DNA from: Gammaproteobacteria bacterium
Lineage (GTDB): Bacteria > Pseudomonadota > Gammaproteobacteria > Natronospirales > REEB76
NCBI GenBank assembly: GCA_050739255.1
Contig: JBOIAY010000089.1
Coordinates: 1 to 37,283 of the forward strand
Direction of reading: 5' to 3'
Length of the DNA: 37,283 nt
Shown here: in pieces, positions 7,132 to 15,501 of the stretch
How the letters are laid out: each line of letters begins with the position of its first letter
Numbering within the stretch: position 1 is the first letter of the stretch
Notes under the pieces: model-generated
Databases searched by the model: none
The model's input: only the letters and a program-made list of their open reading frames with translations
What the model was told of the DNA's origin: nothing
Program-made: the position numbers and the translations under genes

Positions 7132-9539
7132 GATTTAGAGTCCTCGCTGGCCGCTGAATGAATGGCTCGTGCCGCGGCAATAGCTGCTTGGCCGAGGCTC
7201 AGGCCGCCGTCGTTGGCCGGCACGCGGGCGTGCCGCAGCACCTTTAGCCCGCGCGATTCGAGCCGGCGGATTAGCTCGACGGAAAGCACCGCATTCTGGA
7301 ACACGCCGCCGGAAAGCGCGACGCGCCCGGCCCAAGCATTGTCGTGCAGCGTGCTCAAATGCTGGATCATCAACGCGATCGCCTGCGCCAAGCCCGTATG
7401 AAAACGTGCCGCCATGACACCGACGGATACGCCCTCGCGCAGATCGCACAACAGGGCTTGCCACATTGGTTGCGGGTCCAGCCGTGGCAATTCGTCCTCA
7501 ACCGAAATTGCAAAGGGATAGGGTTTGCCATCTGCCAGCGCCGTCGCGTCAACCGCGGCTTCGAGTTCCATCGCCGCCTGGCCTTCATAGACCACGGTCT
7601 GGCGCAAACCCACCACAGCCGCCACGGCATCGAACAGCCGCCCGCAGGAACTGGTCAGCGGGCTGTTGAAGCCGGATTCGATCATGCCGTTTAGTGTCGC
7701 CAGCGGCTTGTCCGCCAGCGCCCGGAAAAATGGCAAATCAGCATAGTTCGCTGCAAGTGAATCCCAATCGCCGCAGCGGTGCAAATGCACGTAGGCCATG
7801 CGCCAGGGTTGACGAATGGCCTGCGCGCTGCCGGGCATGGCAACCGGCGCGAATGAGGCCAGCCGCCGATAACCGCGATAGTCGGCGAGCAGAAACTCGC
7901 CGCCCCAGGCAGTCCCATCGCCGCCGTAGCCGGTGCCGTCGAGCGCGACGCCGAGCACCGGCTTCGTATCCGGGTCGAGCCCGTTGTCCGCCATGCATGC
8001 GGCAACGTGGGCATGGTGATGCTGCACGGTAATCAGTTCGCAGCCGTTCGCGCCGGCCCATTCCTGCCCGACCTTACTCGCCAGGTAATCAGGATGCGCG
8101 TCTATCGCCAGAACCTGCGGACGATGCTCGAACAGCTTCAGGTAAAGTGCCAGCGTTTCCTGCCAGGCGGTGTTGGCCACTGCGTTTTCCAGATCACCCA
8201 GATGCTGCGACAGGATCGCCGCACCGTCCTTGAGCAGACAAAAAGTGTTCTTGTACTCGCCACCGAAAGCCAGCACGCCCGGCGCGTCACCAAAGCCCGC
8301 AGGCAGACGCAATGGAGCCGGTGCATAACCACGGGCACGCCGCAGCAAGGCGGGTGCGCCGGCAATCGGCCGGATGACCGAGTCGTCCACGCGATTGACG
8401 ATCTCCCGATCGTGCAACAGCAATGCATCGGCGATGCCGGCGAGCCGGGTGCGCGCTTCAGTATTACCGATACATTGCGGCTCCTCGGAACGGTTGCCGC
8501 TGGTGAGGACGATCGGTGCATCCAGTCCGGCCATTAACAGGTGATGCAGCGGCGTGTAGGGCAGCATGAAGCCGTAGCAGCGCAATCCCGGCGCCACGCC
8601 GTCGGCCAGCCGCTCGGGTCCGTCTGCATTCAGCAAAATGATGGGCGCGGCCGGAGCGTGCAGAAGTTCTTCTTCTGCCGCGCTCAAGCCGCAATAGCGG
8701 CGAATCGTTTCGACATCGCACGCCATCAGCGCGAAGGGTTTGCCGTAACGGTGTTTGCGCTGCCGCAACCGCTTGACGGCCTCGGCGTTGACGGCGTCGC
8801 AGGCCAGATGTATGCCGCCCAACCCCTTGATCGCCACGATATGTCCGGCTTGCAACAAACGCACCGTCGCGTCGATGGGGTCGCCCGCCACGTCGATGGA
8901 CGGTTCGCCAGTGGATTCCAGCCACAACCGTGGCCCGCACTTCGCGCAAGCATTCGGTTGAGCATGGAAGCGGCGATCGGCCGGATTCTCGTATTCCGCA
9001 CGACAGGCGTCGCACATGGGGAACGCGACCATGCTGGTATGCGCGCGATCGTAAGGAATTCGCTTGACAATGCTCAGGCGCGGCCCGCAGTGGGTGCAGT
9101 TGGTGAAAGCGTAGCGATGCCGGCGGTTGGTCGGGTCACGAATGTCCGCGATGCAGGCGTCGCAAGTGGCGGCATCGGCCACGATTCCGGTATGCACCTC
9201 GCCGTGTGCGCTGGCGATGATGCGGAAATCCGTAACCGGAGATTCGCCTGCGAGCGGCACGGATTCCACCGCATCAATGCGAGCCAGCGGCGGCGCCTCG
9301 CCCCGCAAGCGATGCAGGAAGCGTTCGCGAGCAGCCGCCTCGCCCCAGGCCCGGATCAGCACGCCCTCGGCGTCGTTGCAAACCTCGCCGACGAGCCCGC
9401 AGTCACGGGCCAGACGCCAAACCGTGGGTCGAAAGCCCACACCCTGGACCAACCCGCGCACGCGGATCGCCTCTCCGGTTCCGGGCAGTCTCGGGCCGGC
9501 GATTGCCTGCTGACTCACTTTTTCAGCCGTGCTTACCAT
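7122..9539 (-). CDS. hypF: HypF carbamoyltransferase
   Basis: 805 aa. It has an acylphosphatase-like N-terminus (VRGLVQGVGFRPTVWRLA), two zinc-finger repeats (CDACIADIRDPTNRRHRYAFTNCTHCGPR; CDACRAEYENPADRRFHAQPNACAKCGPR), and YrdC-like and Kae1-like parts. Confidence 0.95.
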   Translation of the reverse strand: MVSTAEKVSQQAIAGPRLPGTGEAIRVRGLVQGVGFRPTVWRLARDCGLVGEVCNDAEGVLIRAWGEAAARERFLHRLRGEAPPLARIDAVESVPLAGESPVTDFRIIASAHGEVHTGIVADAATCDACIADIRDPTNRRHRYAFTNCTHCGPRLSIVKRIPYDRAHTSMVAFPMCDACRAEYENPADRRFHAQPNACAKCGPRLWLESTGEPSIDVAGDPIDATVRLLQAGHIVAIKGLGGIHLACDAVNAEAVKRLRQRKHRYGKPFALMACDVETIRRYCGLSAAEEELLHAPAAPIILLNADGPERLADGVAPGLRCYGFMLPYTPLHHLLMAGLDAPIVLTSGNRSEEPQCIGNTEARTRLAGIADALLLHDREIVNRVDDSVIRPIAGAPALLRRARGYAPAPLRLPAGFGDAPGVLAFGGEYKNTFCLLKDGAAILSQHLGDLENAVANTAWQETLALYLKLFEHRPQVLAIDAHPDYLASKVGQEWAGANGCELITVQHHHAHVAACMADNGLDPDTKPVLGVALDGTGYGGDGTAWGGEFLLADYRGYRRLASFAPVAMPGSAQAIRQPWRMAYVHLHRCGDWDSLAANYADLPFFRALADKPLATLNGMIESGFNSPLTSSCGRLFDAVAAVVGLRQTVVYEGQAAMELEAAVDATALADGKPYPFAISVEDELPRLDPQPMWQALLCDLREGVSVGVMAARFHTGLAQAIALMIQHLSTLHDNAWAGRVALSGGVFQNAVLSVELIRRLESRGLKVLRHARVPANDGGLSLGQAAIAAARAIHSAASEDSKSCA

Positions 9540-9576
9540 TGTATTGATCCTTGTGCCGGTACCGTCCCGGTTGCGG

Positions 9577-9711
9577 TCACATGGACCGTATCCTCATGTA
9601 GCGTTTGAAATCCGGCAGATTCAACAGCAGCCCGATAATTCCGAGCGGAATCGCCAGAATCGCGAGTACGATCCACACAAGTCCGACAATTACGTAAGTT
9701 ATCAATTTCAT
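9577..9711 (-). CDS. 44-aa single-pass membrane peptide (DUF6893-like small protein), missed by the ORF track
   Basis: Hand translation of the minus strand gives ATG 9711..9709 through TGA 9579..9577. The product is MKLITYVIVGLVWIVLAILAIPLGIIGLLLNLPDFKRYMRIRSM. GGAG lies 9 nt upstream of the ATG. It is below the 60-aa track cutoff. The C-terminal P-D-x-x-R-Y-x-R-x-RSM resembles small proteins I recall being annotated DUF6893 next to actinobacterial hydrogenase proteases. Confidence 0.6.
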   Translation of the reverse strand: MKLITYVIVGLVWIVLAILAIPLGIIGLLLNLPDFKRYMRIRSM

Positions 9712-9749
9712 ACCTCATCACTCCTGGAGCCGCCTCGCTCCTATGTTGG

Positions 9750-10283
9750 TTACGCCACTATTCGTTCCTGTTTGAACTGGTGCGCGTGCGCGTCGGACGA
9801 GCATTCGTTCAGTATCTGTCGTACCGCGATCACGGCTTGCTCGACGGCGAGCGCCACCGCTTCGCTCAGGCCCATGTGTCCTTGTTCACCACCCAGGGTT
9901 GCCGGTTCACAGGCGACCAACAGCACGCGCGGACGTTTCTCGCCAAGTGTCGCGACCAGGCGCAGCACCTTGGCCGGATCCATGGCGTGCGGGGCAATCA
10001 AATGCTCACCCGATTCCACGACGTCGGCCTGCGTCGCGTCGATTTCCGGTTCGATCACGCTGACCGTGCCCGGCGCCGCGCCCCGCTGCATGGTGTCCAC
10101 GAGGATGGCCAGGTCGTAGCCTTCCGTCAGCGCGTAGCTCAAGTCCATGCCACGGATGCCGAAATCCACCACATCCACGCCGTCGGGCAATTGTGTGCAA
10201 GACAGTTGCTGCGTGACCTCGCAACCGAAACCATCGTCGCCCATGAAGATGTTGCCGATGCCGGCGACGAGCACGCGCGTCAT
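9750..10283 (-). CDS. [NiFe]-hydrogenase maturation endopeptidase (HupD/HyaD family)
   Basis: Start is set at ATG 10283 (MTRVLVAGIGNIFMGDDGFGCEV, the canonical GIGN-x-x-x-GDDG-x-G motif). It overlaps the upstream gene's stop as ATGA. The ORF-track extension to 10406 is rejected. Confidence 0.9.
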   Translation of the reverse strand: MTRVLVAGIGNIFMGDDGFGCEVTQQLSCTQLPDGVDVVDFGIRGMDLSYALTEGYDLAILVDTMQRGAAPGTVSVIEPEIDATQADVVESGEHLIAPHAMDPAKVLRLVATLGEKRPRVLLVACEPATLGGEQGHMGLSEAVALAVEQAVIAVRQILNECSSDAHAHQFKQERIVA

Positions 10284-11716
10284 ATTCTCGTTTCCCGATG
10301 CGGCGCCGCGTCTAGCAGGGGTTCGATTTCCGCCGGCGAAAAGAAAAAGCGATGGCCCGGCATGCGCTCCAGGCCCCAGTCGCGGCCTGGGTCGTCGTCC
10401 ATACACACGGCCACATGCACCCGGTCGTCGTAGTCGCGTTCAATGGACTCGATCACCGCAATCTTGCCGGCGAGCGCGATGTCCATCACGTCGCCACCGG
10501 CCTTGGGGTTGACGCGCACGCGATCGCCGACCTTCAGTTCGGTCGAGCCGCTGCGGTAGTACGCCAAGCGAGGCCCTGATGGTTTGGACTCCAGCGAGTT
10601 GGGTCCGGTCATGGTTCCCGCATCTCCCGATCCGTCGGATGCCTGCGGTAGAAGCGCTGAAGATTCGGGTGCCAACCTTGGTTGGCGCAGCACCCCGTGC
10701 AGGCGCATGAAATCGTCGCCGCTGAGCGCTTCGGTGCGCGCCAGCAGTGCCGCCCCGCGCGGATCGGTCGCGGCCATCTCGCGCTTTTCGGCGTCGGTCA
10801 TGGCCAGCACCTCCAGCGTCAACAGCTCGTCTATCTCGGCAGCATCGTAAAAATTGCCCGGACTCTCCGGCGCCACTTCCGGATAGTCGTTCAGTGTGAT
10901 CGGCGAGGACAGCACCCGGTCTCGCGAACCGGGTTCGCCGGCCATGGTCGGCCAGGTGCCTTCGTTGACACACGCGGCTGCGGCGTCCTGATACGCATCG
11001 GGCGGGTCGGCCAGCGACACGAACGCGCCGTCCTCGGTGCCAAACAGGGTATGGGTCGAGGCGAATGAATACAGGCTGGCCTGGTCGCGATTGACGATGC
11101 TGTCCGGGTCCATCGGTGTGTGATTTTCGATGTGCACACTGAGCCGGTAGAGTTTTTCCGTAACCACCTCGATACCAAATCGCACCTGGCCGCGGATCGC
11201 CATGCCGCTGTGCACCAGCACGCCCTCGATGCGGCCGTCGGCGCCTGCGAGCGGCATGATGTCACGGCGGGCATCGAAACCGAAATCGAGTTCTAGACTG
11301 TCTTTCAGCCACTCGCACAACGGGCCGTCGGCGACCTTCACCTCGTGTTCCACTGCTTCCTGCCAGTCGTAGTAGACCTTGCCACCCACAGTGAGTTCGG
11401 GCACGTGCTCGAATGCCGGTTCGTGATCGCTCGGCCACGCTGCCAGTGGCCGAGGCAGTTTTCCAACTTCGCGGGCCGTGGGCTGCAAGAAACGCAAACG
11501 AATGTCGATGCGTGTGTCGGGGTTGCCTTCCAGCAGGCACTCGGTGTGCATGTGACAAGGATCGCTGCCACCGGTGACCTCGAAGTAGCTACGCGGGTAA
11601 ATGCCGCCGAAGGTCCAGCGTTGCCGGTTCTTGCGCGAACTCGGCCGGTACGGATACAAGATGTAGCCTTCGTACAGTACCGCCTCGACGACCGGCATGA
11701 TGGGGTCGAAGTTCAT
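10280..11716 (-). CDS. Conserved hypothetical protein of group 1h hydrogenase clusters (478 aa)
   Basis: Start is set at ATG 11716 (MNFDPIMPVVEAVLYEGYILYPYR), overlapping the upstream stop as ATGA. I recognise no catalytic motif. The Ser/Gly/Pro-rich linker (ALLPQASDGSGDAGTMTGPNSLESKPSGP) is followed by a small C-terminal domain (LKVGDRVRVNPKAGG...). Confidence 0.7.
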   Translation of the reverse strand: MNFDPIMPVVEAVLYEGYILYPYRPSSRKNRQRWTFGGIYPRSYFEVTGGSDPCHMHTECLLEGNPDTRIDIRLRFLQPTAREVGKLPRPLAAWPSDHEPAFEHVPELTVGGKVYYDWQEAVEHEVKVADGPLCEWLKDSLELDFGFDARRDIMPLAGADGRIEGVLVHSGMAIRGQVRFGIEVVTEKLYRLSVHIENHTPMDPDSIVNRDQASLYSFASTHTLFGTEDGAFVSLADPPDAYQDAAAACVNEGTWPTMAGEPGSRDRVLSSPITLNDYPEVAPESPGNFYDAAEIDELLTLEVLAMTDAEKREMAATDPRGAALLARTEALSGDDFMRLHGVLRQPRLAPESSALLPQASDGSGDAGTMTGPNSLESKPSGPRLAYYRSGSTELKVGDRVRVNPKAGGDVMDIALAGKIAVIESIERDYDDRVHVAVCMDDDPGRDWGLERMPGHRFFFSPAEIEPLLDAAPHRETRI

Positions 11717-12360
11717 GACGCTGCCCGTTTTGCTTCCGGCAACAAGCTGGTCAGGACTTCGTCGAAGCCGGTGTAACCGTGCCGGCGCTTGTATTCGTAC
11801 AGCGCCTCGAACACCTGGCGATTGACGCACAACCAGGTTTGATTGGGATAGTAGATTTCCATCATGTCCTGCCAGACTGCGATTGGCAGACGGTAATTGG
11901 ACTCCTTGCTCCAGGAGATCAGCTCCATCGCCAGCGCGCCTTCTTCATCACGATAGAATACGCTGCCGGAAAACAGCATCAACAGCGGAATCGCGTCGAA
12001 TTCCAGGCCATGGAAATATTTGGTCGCGGCGACATTGAAATCGAAGCTGCACGGCACCGGCAGATTGACCTCGCAGTCGCCTTCGAAAGCAGGAATCGTC
12101 ATGGTCGCGTGGGTCCACAGCATATTATGGAGAGTTTGGCTCCAGCGTTCGGGTTCACCAAACAGGTCGCTCAGGCGCGCCTTTTCGGCCGGTTTATACA
12201 GGCGCTTGCGGGCATCTATACGGATCTGACACTGCAGCGAGATGCTCTGAATTGGAACCGGCGTTTTGCCCTGCCCGATGGTGAGCTTGAAAAACAGGGT
12301 CGGCACGGCCGCATGCGCGGCAGGCTCGACACTCACGATCTTGATGTCCAGTTCAGGCAT
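11713..12360 (-). CDS. DUF6084-like hydrogenase-associated hypothetical protein
   Basis: Start is set at ATG 12360 (MPELDIKIVSVEPAAHAAVPTLFFKL), overlapping the upstream stop by 8 nt. The ORF-track N-terminal 141 aa (to 12783) overlap the upstream gene and are rejected. The family name is from memory of annotations in Hhy clusters. Confidence 0.7.
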   Translation of the reverse strand: MPELDIKIVSVEPAAHAAVPTLFFKLTIGQGKTPVPIQSISLQCQIRIDARKRLYKPAEKARLSDLFGEPERWSQTLHNMLWTHATMTIPAFEGDCEVNLPVPCSFDFNVAATKYFHGLEFDAIPLLMLFSGSVFYRDEEGALAMELISWSKESNYRLPIAVWQDMMEIYYPNQTWLCVNRQVFEALYEYKRRHGYTGFDEVLTSLLPEAKRAAS

Positions 12361-13000
12361 GCGCGGAGACCTCATTGCCGGTGGTGTCCTCACGCACACT
12401 TGCGAAAAAAGTCTGGATCGCCTCGCGCACGCCATCGCCACCGGAAAGCCCGTGCCAGTGACGGCGGATATGACCGACCAATTCATAGCAGCGATCGATG
12501 GGCATGCGGAAATACTCGTGTGCACCCTGCACCCGATTGACCAGCAAGGCCTCGACGTCATCCTGCAATTCCCGCAGCACCGGATTGGCGGCTGCCAGGT
12601 CGTCCCAAGCTTCCAGATCCAGCTTTGACTCGGTGGCGCCGGCCGGGCCGGGATACATCGCCAGAACGCGATTTTCAGTCGAGCTGCGGAAAAAGAAGGC
12701 CATGTTGATGGGGATCTGAAAGGCGTCCCATTGCGCGTCCGAAAGCTTGAACTCACGCAGTTGCTGCGCATTGCCGGGTACACGCCGGTAGTGCTTCGCT
12801 TCGTTGTTGGAGAACAGTAATGCGCAGGGCGTGCAGGCGCAAAGGATGCGCCGGCTTTCGGGTTCGATCAGGTGCGCATGCTTAGAAACGATTTCAGCGT
12901 TGCACAACTCACAGCGCTCGACGACAGCTTGTTGCGTACCCGCGAAACCGCGTAATGCAGCGATCCAGTTGCCCGGCTTGGTTTCGGTGACGGCATCCAT
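12353..13000 (-). CDS. DUF5947-like hydrogenase-associated hypothetical protein
   Basis: 215 aa with an N-terminal Cys cluster (CELCNAEI...LCACTPCALLF). It sits between the NifU-like and DUF6084-like genes. The family name is from memory. Confidence 0.7.
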   Translation of the reverse strand: MDAVTETKPGNWIAALRGFAGTQQAVVERCELCNAEIVSKHAHLIEPESRRILCACTPCALLFSNNEAKHYRRVPGNAQQLREFKLSDAQWDAFQIPINMAFFFRSSTENRVLAMYPGPAGATESKLDLEAWDDLAAANPVLRELQDDVEALLVNRVQGAHEYFRMPIDRCYELVGHIRRHWHGLSGGDGVREAIQTFFASVREDTTGNEVSAHA

Positions 13001-13027
13001 CGCTTGTCCATCTTGAATGGGAGAGTA

Positions 13028-13603
13028 TCAATCGCTTGTCGTGGTGGCACGAGTGCGCGAAATCGAGGCGATCGGCACATACGCCTCGCGTGCGCCTCCG
13101 ACGGCATCCAGGCCGTCAATGACCAGATCGGCATCCGGGATCATTTCCAGCATGGTGGCCTCGATTTCCTGCCGCAGTGCAGCGGCCAAGGGCCGGTGCG
13201 CTTTTTGACCACTGGCAGTCACGGCGATGCGCACCACGTTATTCTCGACGCCAATCAAATCGGCGCGCACCCCCTGCACGCCCAGGTGCGGGCGCAGGCG
13301 TTCTACCGCGTTGTGTGCGCGCGCAGCCAGATCCTCCGGATGCAGGCCATGCAGCAGCAGCAGGCCGCGCACGGCCGGGTTGGCAGTGAATCTCACCAAG
13401 AGTGTATCGGCAGGTTGCGAACCGGCCTCGCGCACGATGTCGAGCAGATCGGACAGACCCACGGCGTGCAGGCCAATCACAACCTGCACCAATTCCCGCG
13501 CGGCCGACTTTGCGGCTGGATCGCTTAAGCCCTCCAGCGAGGTCAACAGTCCCTGCAGGCGCGCAACCTCGTCGTCAAACGACTGCTTACGTTGCCCATT
13601 CAC
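13028..13603 (-). CDS. NifU-C-terminal-domain-like protein associated with group 1h hydrogenase
   Basis: 191 aa. Its ATG overlaps the hhyL stop (ATGA). It has two repeats of a NifU-like pattern (ELVQVVIGLHAVGLSDLL ...; AVERLRPHLGVQGVRADLIGVENNVVRIAV). Confidence 0.7.
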   Translation of the reverse strand: MNGQRKQSFDDEVARLQGLLTSLEGLSDPAAKSAARELVQVVIGLHAVGLSDLLDIVREAGSQPADTLLVRFTANPAVRGLLLLHGLHPEDLAARAHNAVERLRPHLGVQGVRADLIGVENNVVRIAVTASGQKAHRPLAAALRQEIEATMLEMIPDADLVIDGLDAVGGAREAYVPIASISRTRATTTSD

Positions 13604-15447
13604 TCATCTGGCTCCGTGGGCGTTGCGGTTTCGTGCGCACCCAGGCCACCATTGCTGGGGGCATGCATGACTTTGATGGTCTTGCCGTTTCCAAGATACA
13701 TATGCACACCACAGGGCAGGCAGGGATCAAAGCTGCGCACCGCGCGCATGATGTCAATGCCCTTGAATTTGTCAGGCCCGTTTTCCTCGAAGATCGGCGT
13801 GTTCTGCACCGCGTCTTCGTAGGGTCCTGGTGTGCCGAACTTGTCGCGCGGGTTGGCGTTCCACGGTGTCGGTGGGTACGGGTGGTAGTTGGCAATCTTG
13901 CCGCCCTTGATCACCATGTGATGCGACAACACACCGCGCACCGCCTCGTGAAAGCCGCAGCCGATGGCTTCGTCGGGCACCTTGAAGTCGGTGAAGGTCT
14001 TGGTATGACCGGCTTGCAGTTCGCCCAGCGCTTTTTCGACAAAGTGCAGTGCGCAACCCGCGGCATAGACCTGGAAATAGGTGCGCGCGCGATCACGCTC
14101 GATCGCATTGCTCCATTTCGGAATATGCCATTCGAACTCGACCTCCGGCTTGAGCGCGGTCTTGGGCAGATACATCTTGATACTGTGGCCGGTGGCTTTA
14201 ACGTAGCCGATGTCCACCAGTCCCGCCAAGGCGGTGGACCAAAGACGCGCCAGCGCACCACCGCCGGTGTCCAGGGCCAGATGATCGCCGGTGCGCTTAT
14301 CGAGCCAGCGCGGCGACATGACCCAGGAGTACTTGCCGTCGAAGTCGCGCTTCTGTGGCCGCGGAATGGTGGTCTGGTTCCACGGGTGGTTGATGTCCAC
14401 GTCGTTGCCCAGCGGGTCTTTGTCAACCATCTTCGGACGCTTGTCCCAGCCCTCATAGTAGGAGCTGCCAAGCAAGATGCGCATCTGCAGATTGATATCA
14501 ATCAGATCATGAGTGACGGCTTTGCCATCTACCACGACGCCGGGGGTGACAAACATCGCCTTGCCCCATTCATTCATGGTCTTGTACTTGTAGTCGCATT
14601 TGTCCGGATCCTGGAACGAACCCCAGCAGCCGAGCAGGATGCGCCGGCGACCGACCTCCTCGTATCCCGGCATGGCCTCGTAGAAAAAGTCGAAGATGTC
14701 GTTGTGCAACGGCAAGCAGCGTTTCATGAACTCGCAGTATCTCATCAGGCGAACCAGATAATCGGTGAACAACTGCACCGTGGGTACTGTGCCGACGCCG
14801 CCCGGATAGAGCGTGGAGGGATGCACATGGCGGCCCTCCATCAGGATGATCATCTCGCGGGTGTAGCGCGACACCTGCAGCGTCTCCCGATAGAAGTCGC
14901 CTTCGAACGGATTGAGCGCAGTCATGATATCCGCGATGGTTTTGTAGCCGTGCTTGTCGGCATTCGGCGCCGGGGTGCGCTTCGCCTGCTCCCACACGCC
15001 GGGGTTGGTCTCCTGCACCATCTTGGCGCAGAAATCCACCATCAACAGATTATCCTGGAAGATGTTGTGGTCGAACATGTACTCGGCAGCCTCGCCCAAG
15101 TTGATAATCCACTCGGCGATCGGCGGCGGCTTGATGCCGTAAGCCATGTTCTGTGTGTAGATCGAGCAAACCGCATGGTTGTCGCCGCAGATACCGCAGA
15201 TGCGGCTGGTGATGAAATGGGCGTCACGCGGATCCTTGCCTTTCATGAACACCGAATAACCACGGAAGATGGATGAGGTGCTGTAGCATTCTGCAACCTC
15301 ACGGTTTTCGAAATCGATCTTGGTGTAGATACCGAGGCTGCCGACGATCCGGGTGATCGGATCCCAGTTCATGTCAATCAGCTTGCCCCGCGCTTTCTTG
15401 GTCTTGTCACGGGTCCGTTCAGCAACATCTCGTACTGTGGTGGCCAT
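13600..15447 (-). CDS. hhyL: [NiFe]-hydrogenase large subunit, group 1h (Hhy type)
   Basis: 615 aa. The N-terminal metal-binding motif is TSRICGICGDNHA and the C-terminal motif is SFDPCLPCGVHMY. These are the L1/L2 signatures reported for group 5/1h enzymes. AGGAGGAA lies upstream of the ATG. Confidence 0.95.
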   Translation of the reverse strand: MATTVRDVAERTRDKTKKARGKLIDMNWDPITRIVGSLGIYTKIDFENREVAECYSTSSIFRGYSVFMKGKDPRDAHFITSRICGICGDNHAVCSIYTQNMAYGIKPPPIAEWIINLGEAAEYMFDHNIFQDNLLMVDFCAKMVQETNPGVWEQAKRTPAPNADKHGYKTIADIMTALNPFEGDFYRETLQVSRYTREMIILMEGRHVHPSTLYPGGVGTVPTVQLFTDYLVRLMRYCEFMKRCLPLHNDIFDFFYEAMPGYEEVGRRRILLGCWGSFQDPDKCDYKYKTMNEWGKAMFVTPGVVVDGKAVTHDLIDINLQMRILLGSSYYEGWDKRPKMVDKDPLGNDVDINHPWNQTTIPRPQKRDFDGKYSWVMSPRWLDKRTGDHLALDTGGGALARLWSTALAGLVDIGYVKATGHSIKMYLPKTALKPEVEFEWHIPKWSNAIERDRARTYFQVYAAGCALHFVEKALGELQAGHTKTFTDFKVPDEAIGCGFHEAVRGVLSHHMVIKGGKIANYHPYPPTPWNANPRDKFGTPGPYEDAVQNTPIFEENGPDKFKGIDIMRAVRSFDPCLPCGVHMYLGNGKTIKVMHAPSNGGLGAHETATPTEPDE

Positions 15448-15501
15448 AAATATTCCTCCTAACTCTTGATGCGTCTGTCGCGGTACGGCGATAGCGCGGT
15501 T

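Noticed and set aside
13402-15276. 624-aa ORF on the + strand. Similar long antisense ORFs occur at 8541-9608, 5283-6044, 6169-6915, 4234-4914, 11779-12540, 15829-16458 and 27034-27759.
   Set aside because: Each lies fully antisense to a gene with unmistakable family motifs (hhyL, hypF, hypD, SIS, hypE, DUF6084-like, hhyS, TBDR). The translations are Arg/Ala/Gly/His-rich low-complexity strings typical of stop-poor antisense frames in high-GC DNA.
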